From the IMG/VR virus record IMGVR_UViG_3300040811_001959: a stretch of 64,000 nucleotides of DNA. One strand, written 5' to 3'. This document shows positions 27,066-37,741 of the stretch, piece after piece. The DNA comes from a virus. Its lineage: Duplodnaviria; Caudoviricetes. Position 1 is the first letter of the stretch; each line of letters opens with the position of its first letter. Made by a program: the position numbers and the translations under genes. The notes beneath the pieces were generated by a model. It searched no databases. It was not told the origin of the DNA and saw only the letters and a program-made list of their open reading frames with translations.

Positions 27066-28083
27066 AATTAACTTTCAATAAAATTCTGTTATAACAATAA
27101 TGCCTGGTTTACCATCTGATCCTCTGTGACCCGAATAATATCCAGATGTACCGCCTGTGCCAGGAGCAGAGTAACCTTGATGATTATGAGCAAAATGACC
27201 ACCTTGGGGGTGTCCGGCAGGTGCAGGTCCTCCCCAAAATGAAGATCCTCCCATTCCAGAAGATCTTTGTTCGTGGCTTCCGCCACTACCACAATGTAAA
27301 TTTAAACTACCACCAGATCCTCCTCCACTAAGTCCGCCATTATGTTGATTATGTCTGTTCGCTCCATGGCCTCCACCTGCACTAAGATAAGGTCCAAAAC
27401 TACTTCCAGCTCCGTTACCTCCTGCACCAGAATAATATGTACCACCGCCGCCGCCACCTATAGTTACTGCTACGCTTGAAATATTTGCATTTTCAACTTC
27501 TAAAATTCTTTCACTATAACCCCCGGCAGCTCCTGACTCTCCGTGGCCACTTGCACCGCCACCGCCTGCTTGCACTTGTACCCAAATAAAACGAACATTT
27601 GACGGTCTAGTCCATGTACCATTACTTGTAAAAACTACCATTCCTTTTATACCATATGGTCTAAATGATAAAGAATTGTTAGCACTATTTGACATTAAAA
27701 TTTCAAAAGGATTTCCACTGGCAGTTGTATTAGTTCCGCCTTTGTTTACAGGTAATGTACCTGACACACTAGTTGATGTGAGATTAACACTATTGTCTGC
27801 AAATTTTGCAGCTTCGATAGTATTACTGGCAATTTCTGTATTTGTAATTTCTTCATTTCCTATATCTGTTCCTGTTATTGAACCACTTATAAATGAATCA
27901 TTTGTTAATTTTTTTAATAGTTGATAATTAAATGCCATTGAAATTGCCTTAATAATATTCTGTGATAATTATAATACCTGGTTTTCCGTCTGATCCTCTA
28001 TGACCATGAAAATGAGCGCCTGCTCCGCCTGTGCCGGGTGCAGAGTAACCTTGATGATTATGAGCAAAATGACCACCTTGGGG
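26307..28083. repeat. 36-nt identical sequence in three paralogs (26307-26342, 27174-27209, 28048-28083)
   Basis: ACCTTGATGATTATGAGCAAAATGACCACCTTGGGG is identical in all three; encodes PQGGHFAHNHQG; spacing 867 and 874 nt. Confidence 0.9.
27075..27938 (-). CDS. Glycine-rich fibre / adhesin-like protein, paralog B
   Basis: 287 aa; same architecture as flanking paralogs. Confidence 0.7.
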   Translation of the reverse strand: MAFNYQLLKKLTNDSFISGSITGTDIGNEEITNTEIASNTIEAAKFADNSVNLTSTSVSGTLPVNKGGTNTTASGNPFEILMSNSANNSLSFRPYGIKGMVVFTSNGTWTRPSNVRFIWVQVQAGGGGASGHGESGAAGGYSERILEVENANISSVAVTIGGGGGGTYYSGAGGNGAGSSFGPYLSAGGGHGANRHNQHNGGLSGGGSGGSLNLHCGSGGSHEQRSSGMGGSSFWGGPAPAGHPQGGHFAHNHQGYSAPGTGGTSGYYSGHRGSDGKPGIIVITEFY

Positions 28084-28800
28084 ATGATTTCCTGGAGCAC
28101 CACCTCCAAAGAATGTGTTTGCACAACTTTGGGCACTATATGCATGATGGTTAAATCCGCCACCTGAATGTAAATTTAAATTGCCACCCGATCCGTTTCC
28201 GCTCACTCCTCCTGAGTGTTGATTCTGTCTATTAGCTCCATGACCTGCACTTGCACTTACATATGGTCCAAAACTACTTCCGCCTCCATTACCTCCTGCA
28301 CCAGAATAATATGTACCACTGCCACCGCCACCTATAGTTACTCCTACAGAACTGATTCCTGTTACATCAAGATATCTCTCAGCATAGCCACCGGCACCAC
28401 CGCCTTCTCCGTGACCACTGCCACCACCGCCACCGCCTTGTACTTGAACTTTGATATATCTTACATTTGCAGGTCTAGTCCATGTACCATTCCCTGTAAA
28501 AACACTCATTGATCTTAAACCATGTTCGTGGTAATCTAATGAGCTACCTGTACTTCGTATAGCTTTGAAGGCTCCTCCTAAAGATGTTAATCCGGTTCCG
28601 CCTTTTGAAGTTGGTAATGTACCAGTTGTTTTGCTATTTGAATTTACAACAGCATCGTCGGCAAATTTGTTTGCGGTTATAGAATCATCAATCAAATTTG
28701 CATTTACTATTTGATCTGTTCCTATATTTGATTGTAGTAAAGTGTTATCAATTAAGCTGTCGTTTGTATAATTTTTTAAAGTCTGATAATCAAACGCCAT
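27949..28800 (-). CDS. Glycine-rich fibre / adhesin-like protein, paralog A
   Basis: Same architecture; start probably the second Met (28800, 'MAFDYQ', matches paralogs and SD AAGGA spacing). Confidence 0.7.
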   Translation of the reverse strand: MAFDYQTLKNYTNDSLIDNTLLQSNIGTDQIVNANLIDDSITANKFADDAVVNSNSKTTGTLPTSKGGTGLTSLGGAFKAIRSTGSSLDYHEHGLRSMSVFTGNGTWTRPANVRYIKVQVQGGGGGGSGHGEGGGAGGYAERYLDVTGISSVGVTIGGGGSGTYYSGAGGNGGGSSFGPYVSASAGHGANRQNQHSGGVSGNGSGGNLNLHSGGGFNHHAYSAQSCANTFFGGGAPGNHPQGGHFAHNHQGYSAPGTGGAGAHFHGHRGSDGKPGIIIITEYY

Positions 28801-28808
28801 AGTCATCC

Positions 28809-29270
28809 TTAAATATTTTCAACTCTCCATCCTTCGGTATTATCGAACCATATAAGAGTAAAAGATGCACCAGTTGTGGTAACTTCCATGACATCAGTTG
28901 TGCCCATAATTGGATTAGATCCTGGATTAATTCTAAATATTCTGATGTTGTTAATTGAATTATTTTTATCAGTAAAAGTAATTTTGTCGTACTTTGATGG
29001 TGATGTTGGAAGTGTAACTGTAAATCCAGAGTTTGGTAAGCAGTCTACCCAATAATGTTTATTGACCACAACATTTGTATCGCTTTGTATATCAACACTG
29101 TGCATATCTCGAATTGAATGCCAACCGTCTCCGTCATAAATTTCTAGAGTATGTTTATCTGTATTGAAAAACAATGCTCCTTGAACTGCAGGATCCGGTC
29201 TGGTGCTATCTACTCCATATCCAACTGGTAATGATACAAAACTAGATCCATATTGTACTCTTCTACCCAT
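28809..29270 (-). CDS. Virion structural protein (fibre/baseplate connector-like)
   Basis: 153 aa; 'RP....G.LFFNT....LEIYDG..W' and 'YWVD......TVTLP.SP...D.I.F.D' motifs typical of fibre proximal modules. Confidence 0.55.
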   Translation of the reverse strand: MGRRVQYGSSFVSLPVGYGVDSTRPDPAVQGALFFNTDKHTLEIYDGDGWHSIRDMHSVDIQSDTNVVVNKHYWVDCLPNSGFTVTLPTSPSKYDKITFTDKNNSINNIRIFRINPGSNPIMGTTDVMEVTTTGASFTLIWFDNTEGWRVENI

Positions 29271-29279
29271 TAATCATCC

Positions 29280-29600
29280 TTATAATGTTGATGTTTCTAT
29301 TCCGTATGCTATGGCTGTAATATTTGCTACATCAGACCGAACCATTACTGAATAACCGTCATGAACAACAATTCCTGTTCTTTCTAAAACTCCATTTGGT
29401 ACAATTTGTGTATTGAATTCAATATAATCAGCAACACCAATTGTTCCGGTTTCACTTATTGCAACATTAATTCCAGCTGTTGCTGTAGATCTATTACAAA
29501 TATTTAAAGTAACAATTGCAAATGTGTTATCAGGGCAGGTATAGATTATAGTATCAGTATCAACTACAACATCAAATTTGCCTAAAACTCCAGTAGCCAT
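29280..29600 (-). CDS. Small beta-rich virion protein (similar to 43582-43908 and 60476-60919)
   Basis: 106 aa; 'IYTCP......V.LNICN......I' pattern; SD AAGGAG. Confidence 0.55.
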   Translation of the reverse strand: MATGVLGKFDVVVDTDTIIYTCPDNTFAIVTLNICNRSTATAGINVAISETGTIGVADYIEFNTQIVPNGVLERTGIVVHDGYSVMVRSDVANITAIAYGIETSTL

Positions 29601-29620
29601 TAAATCTCCTTATCTTTGTA

Positions 29621-29628
29621 TTATTTAT
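29621..29628 (-). promoter_or_regulatory. Late promoter-like motif ATAAATAA overlapping the stop of the 2697-aa gene
   Basis: Minus-strand TGATAAATAA, about 10 nt before SD AAGGAG of the 29600 gene. Confidence 0.5.
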
Positions 29629-32600
29629 CATCTCAAAAAGTAATTTAATGCTAATGGGACTCCTGTTATGCCTCTAGTAAAATTAGTTGTAACATTAAAT
29701 GTAATTGATGTTCCTGTTACTGTATTGATCTCATTTGTAGCAATGTAAATATCTCCAGCTGTCAACGAGTTAACATTTAATGCAGCACCACCACCACCAA
29801 TCTGGGCTTCAATGTAAGCTTTTATAGCTCTTTGAGTTGGTATAACTGTATCACTATTAGCAGTCATAAATGGATCTGTTGAGAATTCACTGACTGTTGC
29901 AGAACTACCACCAAGTGTTACTTCTCCTAATGTCAACTCTTGTAATCCTGCAATATTAAATGCATCTGCATTTAAAGTAGCAATACCTGTTGATTGTTCA
30001 ACATTAAATAAATTTCCTACCCTAAAGTTTCCGTCCTGATCTGTTGCTGTAAAGAAAACCCTACCGCCATTTGACTCAACAGTTTCTTGAGCTTGGACAG
30101 GATCTTGTAAAGGCAAATTTGGATAGTTTGTAGTTATAAAATTTCCAGTACCAATGTCAAGGAAGTCATGACCAGTAAGTCTTACTTGAGAATATCTAAT
30201 ACGCATTGTTATAGGCGTACCGTCTTCAGGGGATTGTATAGCTTCAACGGAAGGAGAAAGATTTAAAAATCCTGTGTAAGATCCATCGGTATCTCCTAGG
30301 AAAGAAACAGTGTTTACAAGTTTAAATACAGTGTCTGGTAAATGATCAAAAACTACATTTGATCCAGCAATAGGTCTTTCTGATAATCTTCTAACAGCAA
30401 TATACAAACCACTTTGATAAAAATCAGCATACCCATTTGACGATTCTGCTGCAATAGATCCTGATGCTGCTTCGTAACCTTGCCCTCTATCTATAAAAGT
30501 TGGGTTAGCCAGCACGCCGTTACCCATTCTTACTGTATATGTAACATCATAGATGTTATTAGGATCAGTTATTGTCATTGTAGGTGCTCCTTCATAGTAT
30601 CCGCTGCCTGGTTCAACTAAACGCACAGCAAATATTTTTTCATTTGCTATGCTCGGTCGTCCTATTGCTCTTACACCTAACTTTATCATAGAAATATGAT
30701 CGTCTACGTCTGCTCCTTTGACTACCCAACATCCTTGATGATTTGGATTGCCAAATGCCAGTGCATCAAATCCATTATTAGCAGTCGGAGCTGCTGTTAC
30801 AGTTCTTAACACCCAATTAATACCATCAGTTGATGTTCTTAAATTTTCACCTTGTACATCATCAATAACAACAAATTGACCTTGACCATATTTAATTTTG
30901 TTGCCCGATCCTTTACTTGATCCATCAGATGGTAAATCAACAAGTGTCCAAGTTTCTCCTCTGTCTATTGAGAATAATGCGTCATTTTGATCTTCTGATA
31001 TAATTATAAATCGGTTGTTGCCATACGCTATGTTAGCATAATTTCTTATTGCCGGAGCAACAATTTGAGTCCAAAGTCCTGGATTTTGATGATTAGCCCA
31101 AATAATTTCATCACTATTGTATTTTACTGCAACTAACCGGTCAGATCCAAATGTTAAGCCTACAAATCCCACACTTGGCAATGCATCTGTATATTGTAGC
31201 CACGATAAGCCTGCATCATCAGATACAAATATATGTCTAGAATTTTCAAATCCTAAATAAAATTTATTCCTTCCGTATGTGATAAATGGTTCACTATCTT
31301 GGGCTGCAGGAAGCGATACTGCAGCCCAATTGTCGTTATCATTACTTACAAAAATTTGATTTGGACTTGTACTTTGAGTTACAATTATTGTAGCACTAAC
31401 AGCATATTCACTTGAGCCATCATTGAATATAGCATTTGCTATTTTAGCTGGCCCTGACTGCCCGGTTCCTCCTACAATTTGTTGCGTCCACATCATACCA
31501 TCGGTGCTTTTTTCAATATTTTGACTTGAATTACCTACTGCAATAAATGATCCACTGCAACCTAAACCTTCCTGATCAAAATAAATAATTGCTCCAGTTG
31601 TACTATCAATTGATGTAACTGTTAGCACAAGATCGTTTATAGGGGTCATTCCTCCTAATTGTGTTCCTATAATTGTTATTGTATCACCTCTTGCATAGTC
31701 TTGACCTGCATTAACAATTGAAACTAAATATTTGCTTCCTTTTCTAATTACTGTAAATGTTGCACCAAACCCTACAACAGATACTTCTAAATCAGGTGTT
31801 AAATTACTGTATTCTACAGTGGTATAACACCATGCAATATCTGAAGTTGGATGACTTGCACTTAAAGTTGCGCTTGTTGAGCTGTATGGCGGATCAGTAA
31901 ACGAAACTTTTGGTTCAATTTGATAAATTGAACTTGCATTTGGAGCAACAATAGGTGTTCCAGGAAATAAATGTTCCCACCCTGGTGAATCGTCGTCTTT
32001 GACTACTGTTGCAAGTTTACTACCAGAACTGTATGTATCGATAGTTCCGTACTGCCCAACTCCTATGCCACCTGTAATGAATATCCTCATAGTTTTGCCT
32101 GAGTATGCAGTATCTGTATTTCCATCTGTAGCAGCAAGGGTAATATTTGCAGCCGTCACTACGCCATCGACATCTGTTGTAAGCAATCCAGTTTGAGCTG
32201 TATTTGAAACAAGTAAATATCCCGATCCGCCAAATTGTTCTTCGTCTCCTGTAAGATCCGTAATCCTAATCCGGTTTACAGCATTATCTCTAAATTCGTC
32301 TGCATATGTCTCTGCATTAATACCGTTGCCAAATACATTAATTCCTGCTTCGGTGTAATCATTTCCAGCATGATTAAATTCCACATTTAAAATTTTATCA
32401 CCATCTGCGTTTACTTGACCTATTTCTGCATTATATTGCAAACGATTGTCAACTATACAGGTAATTGGTATTTCGTCAGCATCTACTCCTTCGGCAACCG
32501 AACCAAAAGTACCGTAACTGTTATTACCGTTTGTTGCTCGTATTCTTCCGCCTGCTTCTGCTAGGTAACCTATGTGGGAATAATAAGTAAATACGGAAAC

Positions 32601-35600
32601 AAGTTCTGCTCTACCATTATTAGTTATCCATGCTCCTATACCATCACTAATAACCTGTGTAAAGTCATTTGAAACGATTGAATCGTTTCCTCCGTTATGT
32701 AGTGCGCCGTCTATTTTTTGACCTATTGCAGCATGACCAAATGTTGTAAGATTTTGAACATATGGAGATCTTGTCATAATCCATACACTTTCGTCATCTG
32801 GTCCCCATCCTGGATCCAGTGAGGCATATGCTCCTGCAGTTGGTCTTCTAGTTCCAAACTCATTGTTAGGTGATAAATCGCCGTTTAATCCATCAACTGT
32901 TTGTAATCGTAAACCAGTACCGTTCCGTAAGTAATACATATCCTCTTCACGAGAACCAAGAACAGCATTTACATAATACCTAGCAGCATATTTTGATTTG
33001 TAATTTGCCGGAAACTGGAAGTTTACTTGATATGATCTTAATTTTGTATCTAATGTAAATGTTCGTTGATATTCTTTAGGATGTACTAAATCCCAGCGCA
33101 TTGCGTCAACAATATAACGCATGTCTCTGCGACATAATGCAGTATTGTATTCATACCATTTTTCAACACCTAAATTAATTGTAGGATAATCTTGCGTTAT
33201 GATAAGAAATACACCACTTGCATCTTCTACAGTAAATTCATTTTCTGATAATATTTCGGAAACTACATATTCATTTCCAAATGCAATAGGAAACGTTTGA
33301 CCAATATCATTTTCAGGATAGGCATTGTCTAAATCAATAAATTTTATTGACATACCGGCATCAAGCCATTCGGTACCATTGGTCATGGTTAATCCGCTAT
33401 TTGTAGATGATATGGAAGTTACAGTTCCTGCAAACCAATTATCAACATAATTTACTGCTTCTTCTACAATGAAATCTTCATTTAATTGAAGAATTCTGTT
33501 TGTTGCCCACAAATCTGTAAAAGCTGTTTGCTTATTATTAGCTTCTGCTGCTACACCAAAAATTATGTCATTAACAAATTCAATAGCGTATCGTAATGCT
33601 TGTTTTGCCGGAGTCGATAATACGATAGCATCGGCTTGCTGCAAAGCATAAAAGTTTGCAGCCAAAGTCGCATCTTTTTGATATCCATATACTTTTGCAC
33701 TAGGTTGTCTAGCATAACTGTAAGCAGCAACTATACTTGCAAAGTTTTGATTTATAGTCCAATCGTATATTGCAGCATCAAAAATTAATGCTAAATCTCT
33801 TGTACATTTACTATGATTAAAATCAAATCCACTATAAGTTGTTGTGATACCTTGCAACGTAGCTTTTATATAGGTATCTGCGTTATTTGTTATTGTTGCT
33901 CCTGCTGCAAGGGCATCTGCGGTTTGCCAATCTAATGAAGGAGCAATGGCTGTAGCTAGAAAATCGTATTGGTTTTGAGAAATATTACCGGTAACTATAT
34001 CTCTCAGCGTATCAATCTTACCAGTTTCAGTAGGAGTTGTAAAATTAACAATGTCTGTATAAGGCTGTCCACTGATATTATTATTTGCTGCTTCCTTACA
34101 ATTAGTTGCTAAGGCTGAATATAATTGTATACTTGCTGCTCTTTCTGCAGAAGTACCATAAACTGGTTCGCCTGTAATATTATTATAGATCGATCTAACA
34201 TGATTTAATGTTGCTATATTGCATCCACTTGCGTCTGGAGTTTGATCATAATTTATATCATATGCCCATGCTTCGATCATTCTTGCTAAATCTTGTTTAC
34301 ATTTTGCTCTAAGATCAGTGCCTAATCCTTGCCAATAAGCATTAGCATTAGCTGTAAAATCAACAATGAAGTCTCTATTTTGAATTAATAAAATTTGAGT
34401 ATAGGTTCTATTAGGATAAGACGATCCTGATAAATCATGATATGTAACACTAGGAGCAGAATCGTCTCCGTCTATAAAAATGCTTTTAATCAAATTTAAT
34501 GATGAGGTTACAATTGTTGCTGCTGCATCTCCGTCTGTTGTTTCTAATGCTTCCATTCCAGCAACAGACTGATTCTTTAAAAGATCGATAGCATACAATT
34601 CTTGTTGCTGTTGTTCATTTTTTACTTTAGCTGATTGTAAACGATTGTAAGCATATCCAGAATACACCCCCCAATAATTAGATTGAAGCATACTATCATA
34701 AAATGCAGCATCTAATATATATCCGCAATCTCTTCTACAATAGGCACCTTTGTAAGTAAAATCTCCAAAATGGGTAATGATAAAATCAATAGTATTTTTT
34801 TGTATTGTATCATATTGTGCTTCAAGTAATGCTTTATCATCTAATAGATATTGTGGAGATGTAGTAATATCAGGATATACATAAGACGGTAAATTATTTA
34901 CATCTGTAATTGTTGTGATTACATCGTTCATTAAATCAAATATGTAATTACTAGCGGATAACGATGCATTGGTATTTGTAATTACTTGCTGGACATTTGT
35001 TTGATATGGAGGAGAAATTTGATTATTTTGAACTACACTCTGGAGCATTGCTTGTAAATATCCATACGCATCAAGAGTTGCAACTTTTTCTGTGCTATCA
35101 ATTACAAATACTCCTTCTGTTCCTCTATAGTATGCAAGAGCTGCAACTAAAGATTGCCATTGACAACCTAGTTGTATATCATAACATAAACCATCTAGTA
35201 AATAACCTACATCTTGTAAGCATTTTGTTCTACTATAATATAGATTAGGATAGTTAGTATCAAGAAATCCTTTAACCTCAGCTTTTAAAAATTCTCTGTT
35301 TCGTAGTATGTTATCTCTTGCATACCCTCCATCTGTGAAATTAAATGTATCTATCCACTGTACCTCTAATTTTGTACCTGTACCATGATCTATTAATCTT
35401 TTAATTAATCTAGTTAATCTTTCAGCAGAATAACCTGTAGTTGTATTCGCAGTAGGCCATTCTGTTATTTGAGCTTCATTATTATTATCAGTAGGTGTTA
35501 TTGATATTCCTTCAACTATTCCAGCTATTTGTGTTTCAATGTGATTTAATGCGGTATAGGTATAAAGTGGATCAGTTGCAGGTGTTAAATCTTCTTGATT

Positions 35601-37721
35601 TTGTCTAGGATATACTGTTACAGATCTAAGTTCATCGCCCATTATACAACATAATGCCGGTACTTGGATTGGTAAAACTTCATAGTATTTTCCAGTTGCT
35701 ACCCTAATTAAAGTATTTGTTTCGATCTTTGCAGGAAGGTTATTTGCATTGCCAGCTGTTATAGCATCAGTGATTAAGGTAATTAACTCTGTAACTCTTC
35801 CGTACGCATTTTCGTTTTCTAAATTTATATTTTTCCATTGAGAAACAACAGCAGAAGAATTATCTCCGTTTACTACCTGATAACTATTGTAACCAGTTAA
35901 ACCAATTTCCGGAGGATCAGTTTGATTTAAAACATGTTCCATTAACTGCCATGCATACACTAAGCTTGCAACAGTTTCAGTTTTTTGGCCTAAATAAGGA
36001 GATCCTACAGTATCATTAATGTATGATAAAGCAGCTTCTCTTGATTTTACATTTCCGCCATGTGTTAAATCCCAAATTACAGCATCTACAATAAATCCTA
36101 TATCTCTTTCACATTTTTCTGCAAAATATGTAAAATTAGTTGTAAAGGGATCTATACCTTCTGTTATTTGATAATCAGTCCATTCAGTTGTTTCTCGTTG
36201 AATATAAATTCTGTTTAATTCTAATAATCTTTTTGCATTAGGATATTTTGTTCCTTTGTCAATTTCTTGACAAGCAAATCTTATACTTTTCCAGGGTGAT
36301 TCTACAGTTGTTCCTCTAATAGGCGCAGGTTGATCTACACCTGTAGTGGATACATAATAAACATCTGGGTTTTGCCCAAAAAATGTCCATTGCGGTTCAT
36401 TATTAGGTGAAACACGTAATACTTGTCCTTCTTTACCGATAGGTAGTCTTGTAGGACCTGATCCACTAAAATAAACTATATCTCCTTGTGTAGTTAAGGC
36501 ATCAGTTTCTGCTCCAATTGCTAAGATATTCCAATATGTTCCTGTGATATCACGATCTGGTCTACTATTTTCTGCCCCGCCTCCTGGTGCAATTTTAGTT
36601 TCTGTTGAATAATCGTCATCTTCGCTTACATGGGACTCTATGCAAATGTAAGTAGCTGTATCATATCTTACCACGTCACCAATGACATAATATGCATCGT
36701 CTGCCCATACGCCTCTCCATTTTAATCCTGTATTGAGCCTATCCCAATATTGATTCCATGACTGATTCTCGCCTGGTTCTATGTTTGAATTATCAGTATT
36801 TGCAACATATACATACCCACCAACTGTAACTACATCTCCAGTTCTATAATCTTGAGCACTAGAATCTGCTCCCCATTCTCCTTGGAAAGAAAATCCTTTT
36901 GAAAATACAGCCCAATCCTCAATTGAAGACGTAGGAGCAATGTTAATATTTTGTCTTAGAGAAATGTATTGATACCCGCCCCATGTTACAATATCTCCTT
37001 GTTGGTATGTCGTTGTGTAGGTCCAATCGTTTTCAAAACTTAGTCCTTCTACAAAAACATCCCAACGATAATTATCACTAGCAAACTCAGCACCCGATGT
37101 ATGAAATTCATTACAAATCATTAATCCAGCACCATATTTTACAACATCATAAACTTTATAACGTGTATTTTGGGTCCATACTCCTTTCCATTCTACACCT
37201 GAGGTAAATCTGTCCCAATTTACAGCATCATTTTCTAAACCTGCAGCAAAATTATTAATGGAAGTATGAGCGGTATTACAAACAAATGTTCCGCTTCCGT
37301 ACTTTACAATATCACTTGCAAGATAATAAGTCGATGGTTGCCAATTTCCTTTCCAATCTAAACCTGTTGCGAATGTGTCCCAATTTGCTATTTCGTCTGC
37401 TAAAGTTATATTTGTGTCACTAGAGGAAGTATGAACTGTGCTACAAATATATAGATTTGCTCCATATTTAACAATATCGTTTAGTACATAGTAGGTATTG
37501 TTAGTCCAATTTCCTTTCCATGTTTGGCCATCTGACATTAAATTCCATTTAGGCGGAATTACCTCAAAGTCAGTAAAGAATAAAGTAGAACTTGTATGTC
37601 CTTCGATGCAAATATATACCCTACCCCTATAAAATACTACATCATCCTTGTAATAAACTGTATTATCTGCCCATTCATTTTTCCAAACAAACCTAATCCT
37701 ACCTAATTTAAATTCTGCCAT
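29628..37721 (-). CDS. Giant virion fibre/baseplate-associated protein (2697 aa)
   Basis: N-term tandem W-x5-Y-x3-D-x-V-x-Y-x-G repeats (CBM5/12-like), six helical C-x-[RQ]-D repeats, beta-helix-like region ('GDELRS', 'RSPYVQN', 'VSNDFTQV'), BNR/propeller-like repeats; paralog of 37759-43194. Confidence 0.75.
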   Translation of the reverse strand: MAEFKLGRIRFVWKNEWADNTVYYKDDVVFYRGRVYICIEGHTSSTLFFTDFEVIPPKWNLMSDGQTWKGNWTNNTYYVLNDIVKYGANLYICSTVHTSSSDTNITLADEIANWDTFATGLDWKGNWQPSTYYLASDIVKYGSGTFVCNTAHTSINNFAAGLENDAVNWDRFTSGVEWKGVWTQNTRYKVYDVVKYGAGLMICNEFHTSGAEFASDNYRWDVFVEGLSFENDWTYTTTYQQGDIVTWGGYQYISLRQNINIAPTSSIEDWAVFSKGFSFQGEWGADSSAQDYRTGDVVTVGGYVYVANTDNSNIEPGENQSWNQYWDRLNTGLKWRGVWADDAYYVIGDVVRYDTATYICIESHVSEDDDYSTETKIAPGGGAENSRPDRDITGTYWNILAIGAETDALTTQGDIVYFSGSGPTRLPIGKEGQVLRVSPNNEPQWTFFGQNPDVYYVSTTGVDQPAPIRGTTVESPWKSIRFACQEIDKGTKYPNAKRLLELNRIYIQRETTEWTDYQITEGIDPFTTNFTYFAEKCERDIGFIVDAVIWDLTHGGNVKSREAALSYINDTVGSPYLGQKTETVASLVYAWQLMEHVLNQTDPPEIGLTGYNSYQVVNGDNSSAVVSQWKNINLENENAYGRVTELITLITDAITAGNANNLPAKIETNTLIRVATGKYYEVLPIQVPALCCIMGDELRSVTVYPRQNQEDLTPATDPLYTYTALNHIETQIAGIVEGISITPTDNNNEAQITEWPTANTTTGYSAERLTRLIKRLIDHGTGTKLEVQWIDTFNFTDGGYARDNILRNREFLKAEVKGFLDTNYPNLYYSRTKCLQDVGYLLDGLCYDIQLGCQWQSLVAALAYYRGTEGVFVIDSTEKVATLDAYGYLQAMLQSVVQNNQISPPYQTNVQQVITNTNASLSASNYIFDLMNDVITTITDVNNLPSYVYPDITTSPQYLLDDKALLEAQYDTIQKNTIDFIITHFGDFTYKGAYCRRDCGYILDAAFYDSMLQSNYWGVYSGYAYNRLQSAKVKNEQQQQELYAIDLLKNQSVAGMEALETTDGDAAATIVTSSLNLIKSIFIDGDDSAPSVTYHDLSGSSYPNRTYTQILLIQNRDFIVDFTANANAYWQGLGTDLRAKCKQDLARMIEAWAYDINYDQTPDASGCNIATLNHVRSIYNNITGEPVYGTSAERAASIQLYSALATNCKEAANNNISGQPYTDIVNFTTPTETGKIDTLRDIVTGNISQNQYDFLATAIAPSLDWQTADALAAGATITNNADTYIKATLQGITTTYSGFDFNHSKCTRDLALIFDAAIYDWTINQNFASIVAAYSYARQPSAKVYGYQKDATLAANFYALQQADAIVLSTPAKQALRYAIEFVNDIIFGVAAEANNKQTAFTDLWATNRILQLNEDFIVEEAVNYVDNWFAGTVTSISSTNSGLTMTNGTEWLDAGMSIKFIDLDNAYPENDIGQTFPIAFGNEYVVSEILSENEFTVEDASGVFLIITQDYPTINLGVEKWYEYNTALCRRDMRYIVDAMRWDLVHPKEYQRTFTLDTKLRSYQVNFQFPANYKSKYAARYYVNAVLGSREEDMYYLRNGTGLRLQTVDGLNGDLSPNNEFGTRRPTAGAYASLDPGWGPDDESVWIMTRSPYVQNLTTFGHAAIGQKIDGALHNGGNDSIVSNDFTQVISDGIGAWITNNGRAELVSVFTYYSHIGYLAEAGGRIRATNGNNSYGTFGSVAEGVDADEIPITCIVDNRLQYNAEIGQVNADGDKILNVEFNHAGNDYTEAGINVFGNGINAETYADEFRDNAVNRIRITDLTGDEEQFGGSGYLLVSNTAQTGLLTTDVDGVVTAANITLAATDGNTDTAYSGKTMRIFITGGIGVGQYGTIDTYSSGSKLATVVKDDDSPGWEHLFPGTPIVAPNASSIYQIEPKVSFTDPPYSSTSATLSASHPTSDIAWCYTTVEYSNLTPDLEVSVVGFGATFTVIRKGSKYLVSIVNAGQDYARGDTITIIGTQLGGMTPINDLVLTVTSIDSTTGAIIYFDQEGLGCSGSFIAVGNSSQNIEKSTDGMMWTQQIVGGTGQSGPAKIANAIFNDGSSEYAVSATIIVTQSTSPNQIFVSNDNDNWAAVSLPAAQDSEPFITYGRNKFYLGFENSRHIFVSDDAGLSWLQYTDALPSVGFVGLTFGSDRLVAVKYNSDEIIWANHQNPGLWTQIVAPAIRNYANIAYGNNRFIIISEDQNDALFSIDRGETWTLVDLPSDGSSKGSGNKIKYGQGQFVVIDDVQGENLRTSTDGINWVLRTVTAAPTANNGFDALAFGNPNHQGCWVVKGADVDDHISMIKLGVRAIGRPSIANEKIFAVRLVEPGSGYYEGAPTMTITDPNNIYDVTYTVRMGNGVLANPTFIDRGQGYEAASGSIAAESSNGYADFYQSGLYIAVRRLSERPIAGSNVVFDHLPDTVFKLVNTVSFLGDTDGSYTGFLNLSPSVEAIQSPEDGTPITMRIRYSQVRLTGHDFLDIGTGNFITTNYPNLPLQDPVQAQETVESNGGRVFFTATDQDGNFRVGNLFNVEQSTGIATLNADAFNIAGLQELTLGEVTLGGSSATVSEFSTDPFMTANSDTVIPTQRAIKAYIEAQIGGGGAALNVNSLTAGDIYIATNEINTVTGTSITFNVTTNFTRGITGVPLALNYFLR

Positions 37722-37741
37722 TAATTATCTCCAGTGCTTCT

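Noticed and set aside
26208-28806. CRISPR array or diversity-generating retroelement suggested by the repeated 36-mer
   Set aside because: Repeats are coding and ~870 nt apart; no short unique spacers, cas genes, reverse transcriptase or adenine-specific TR/VR mismatches were seen.
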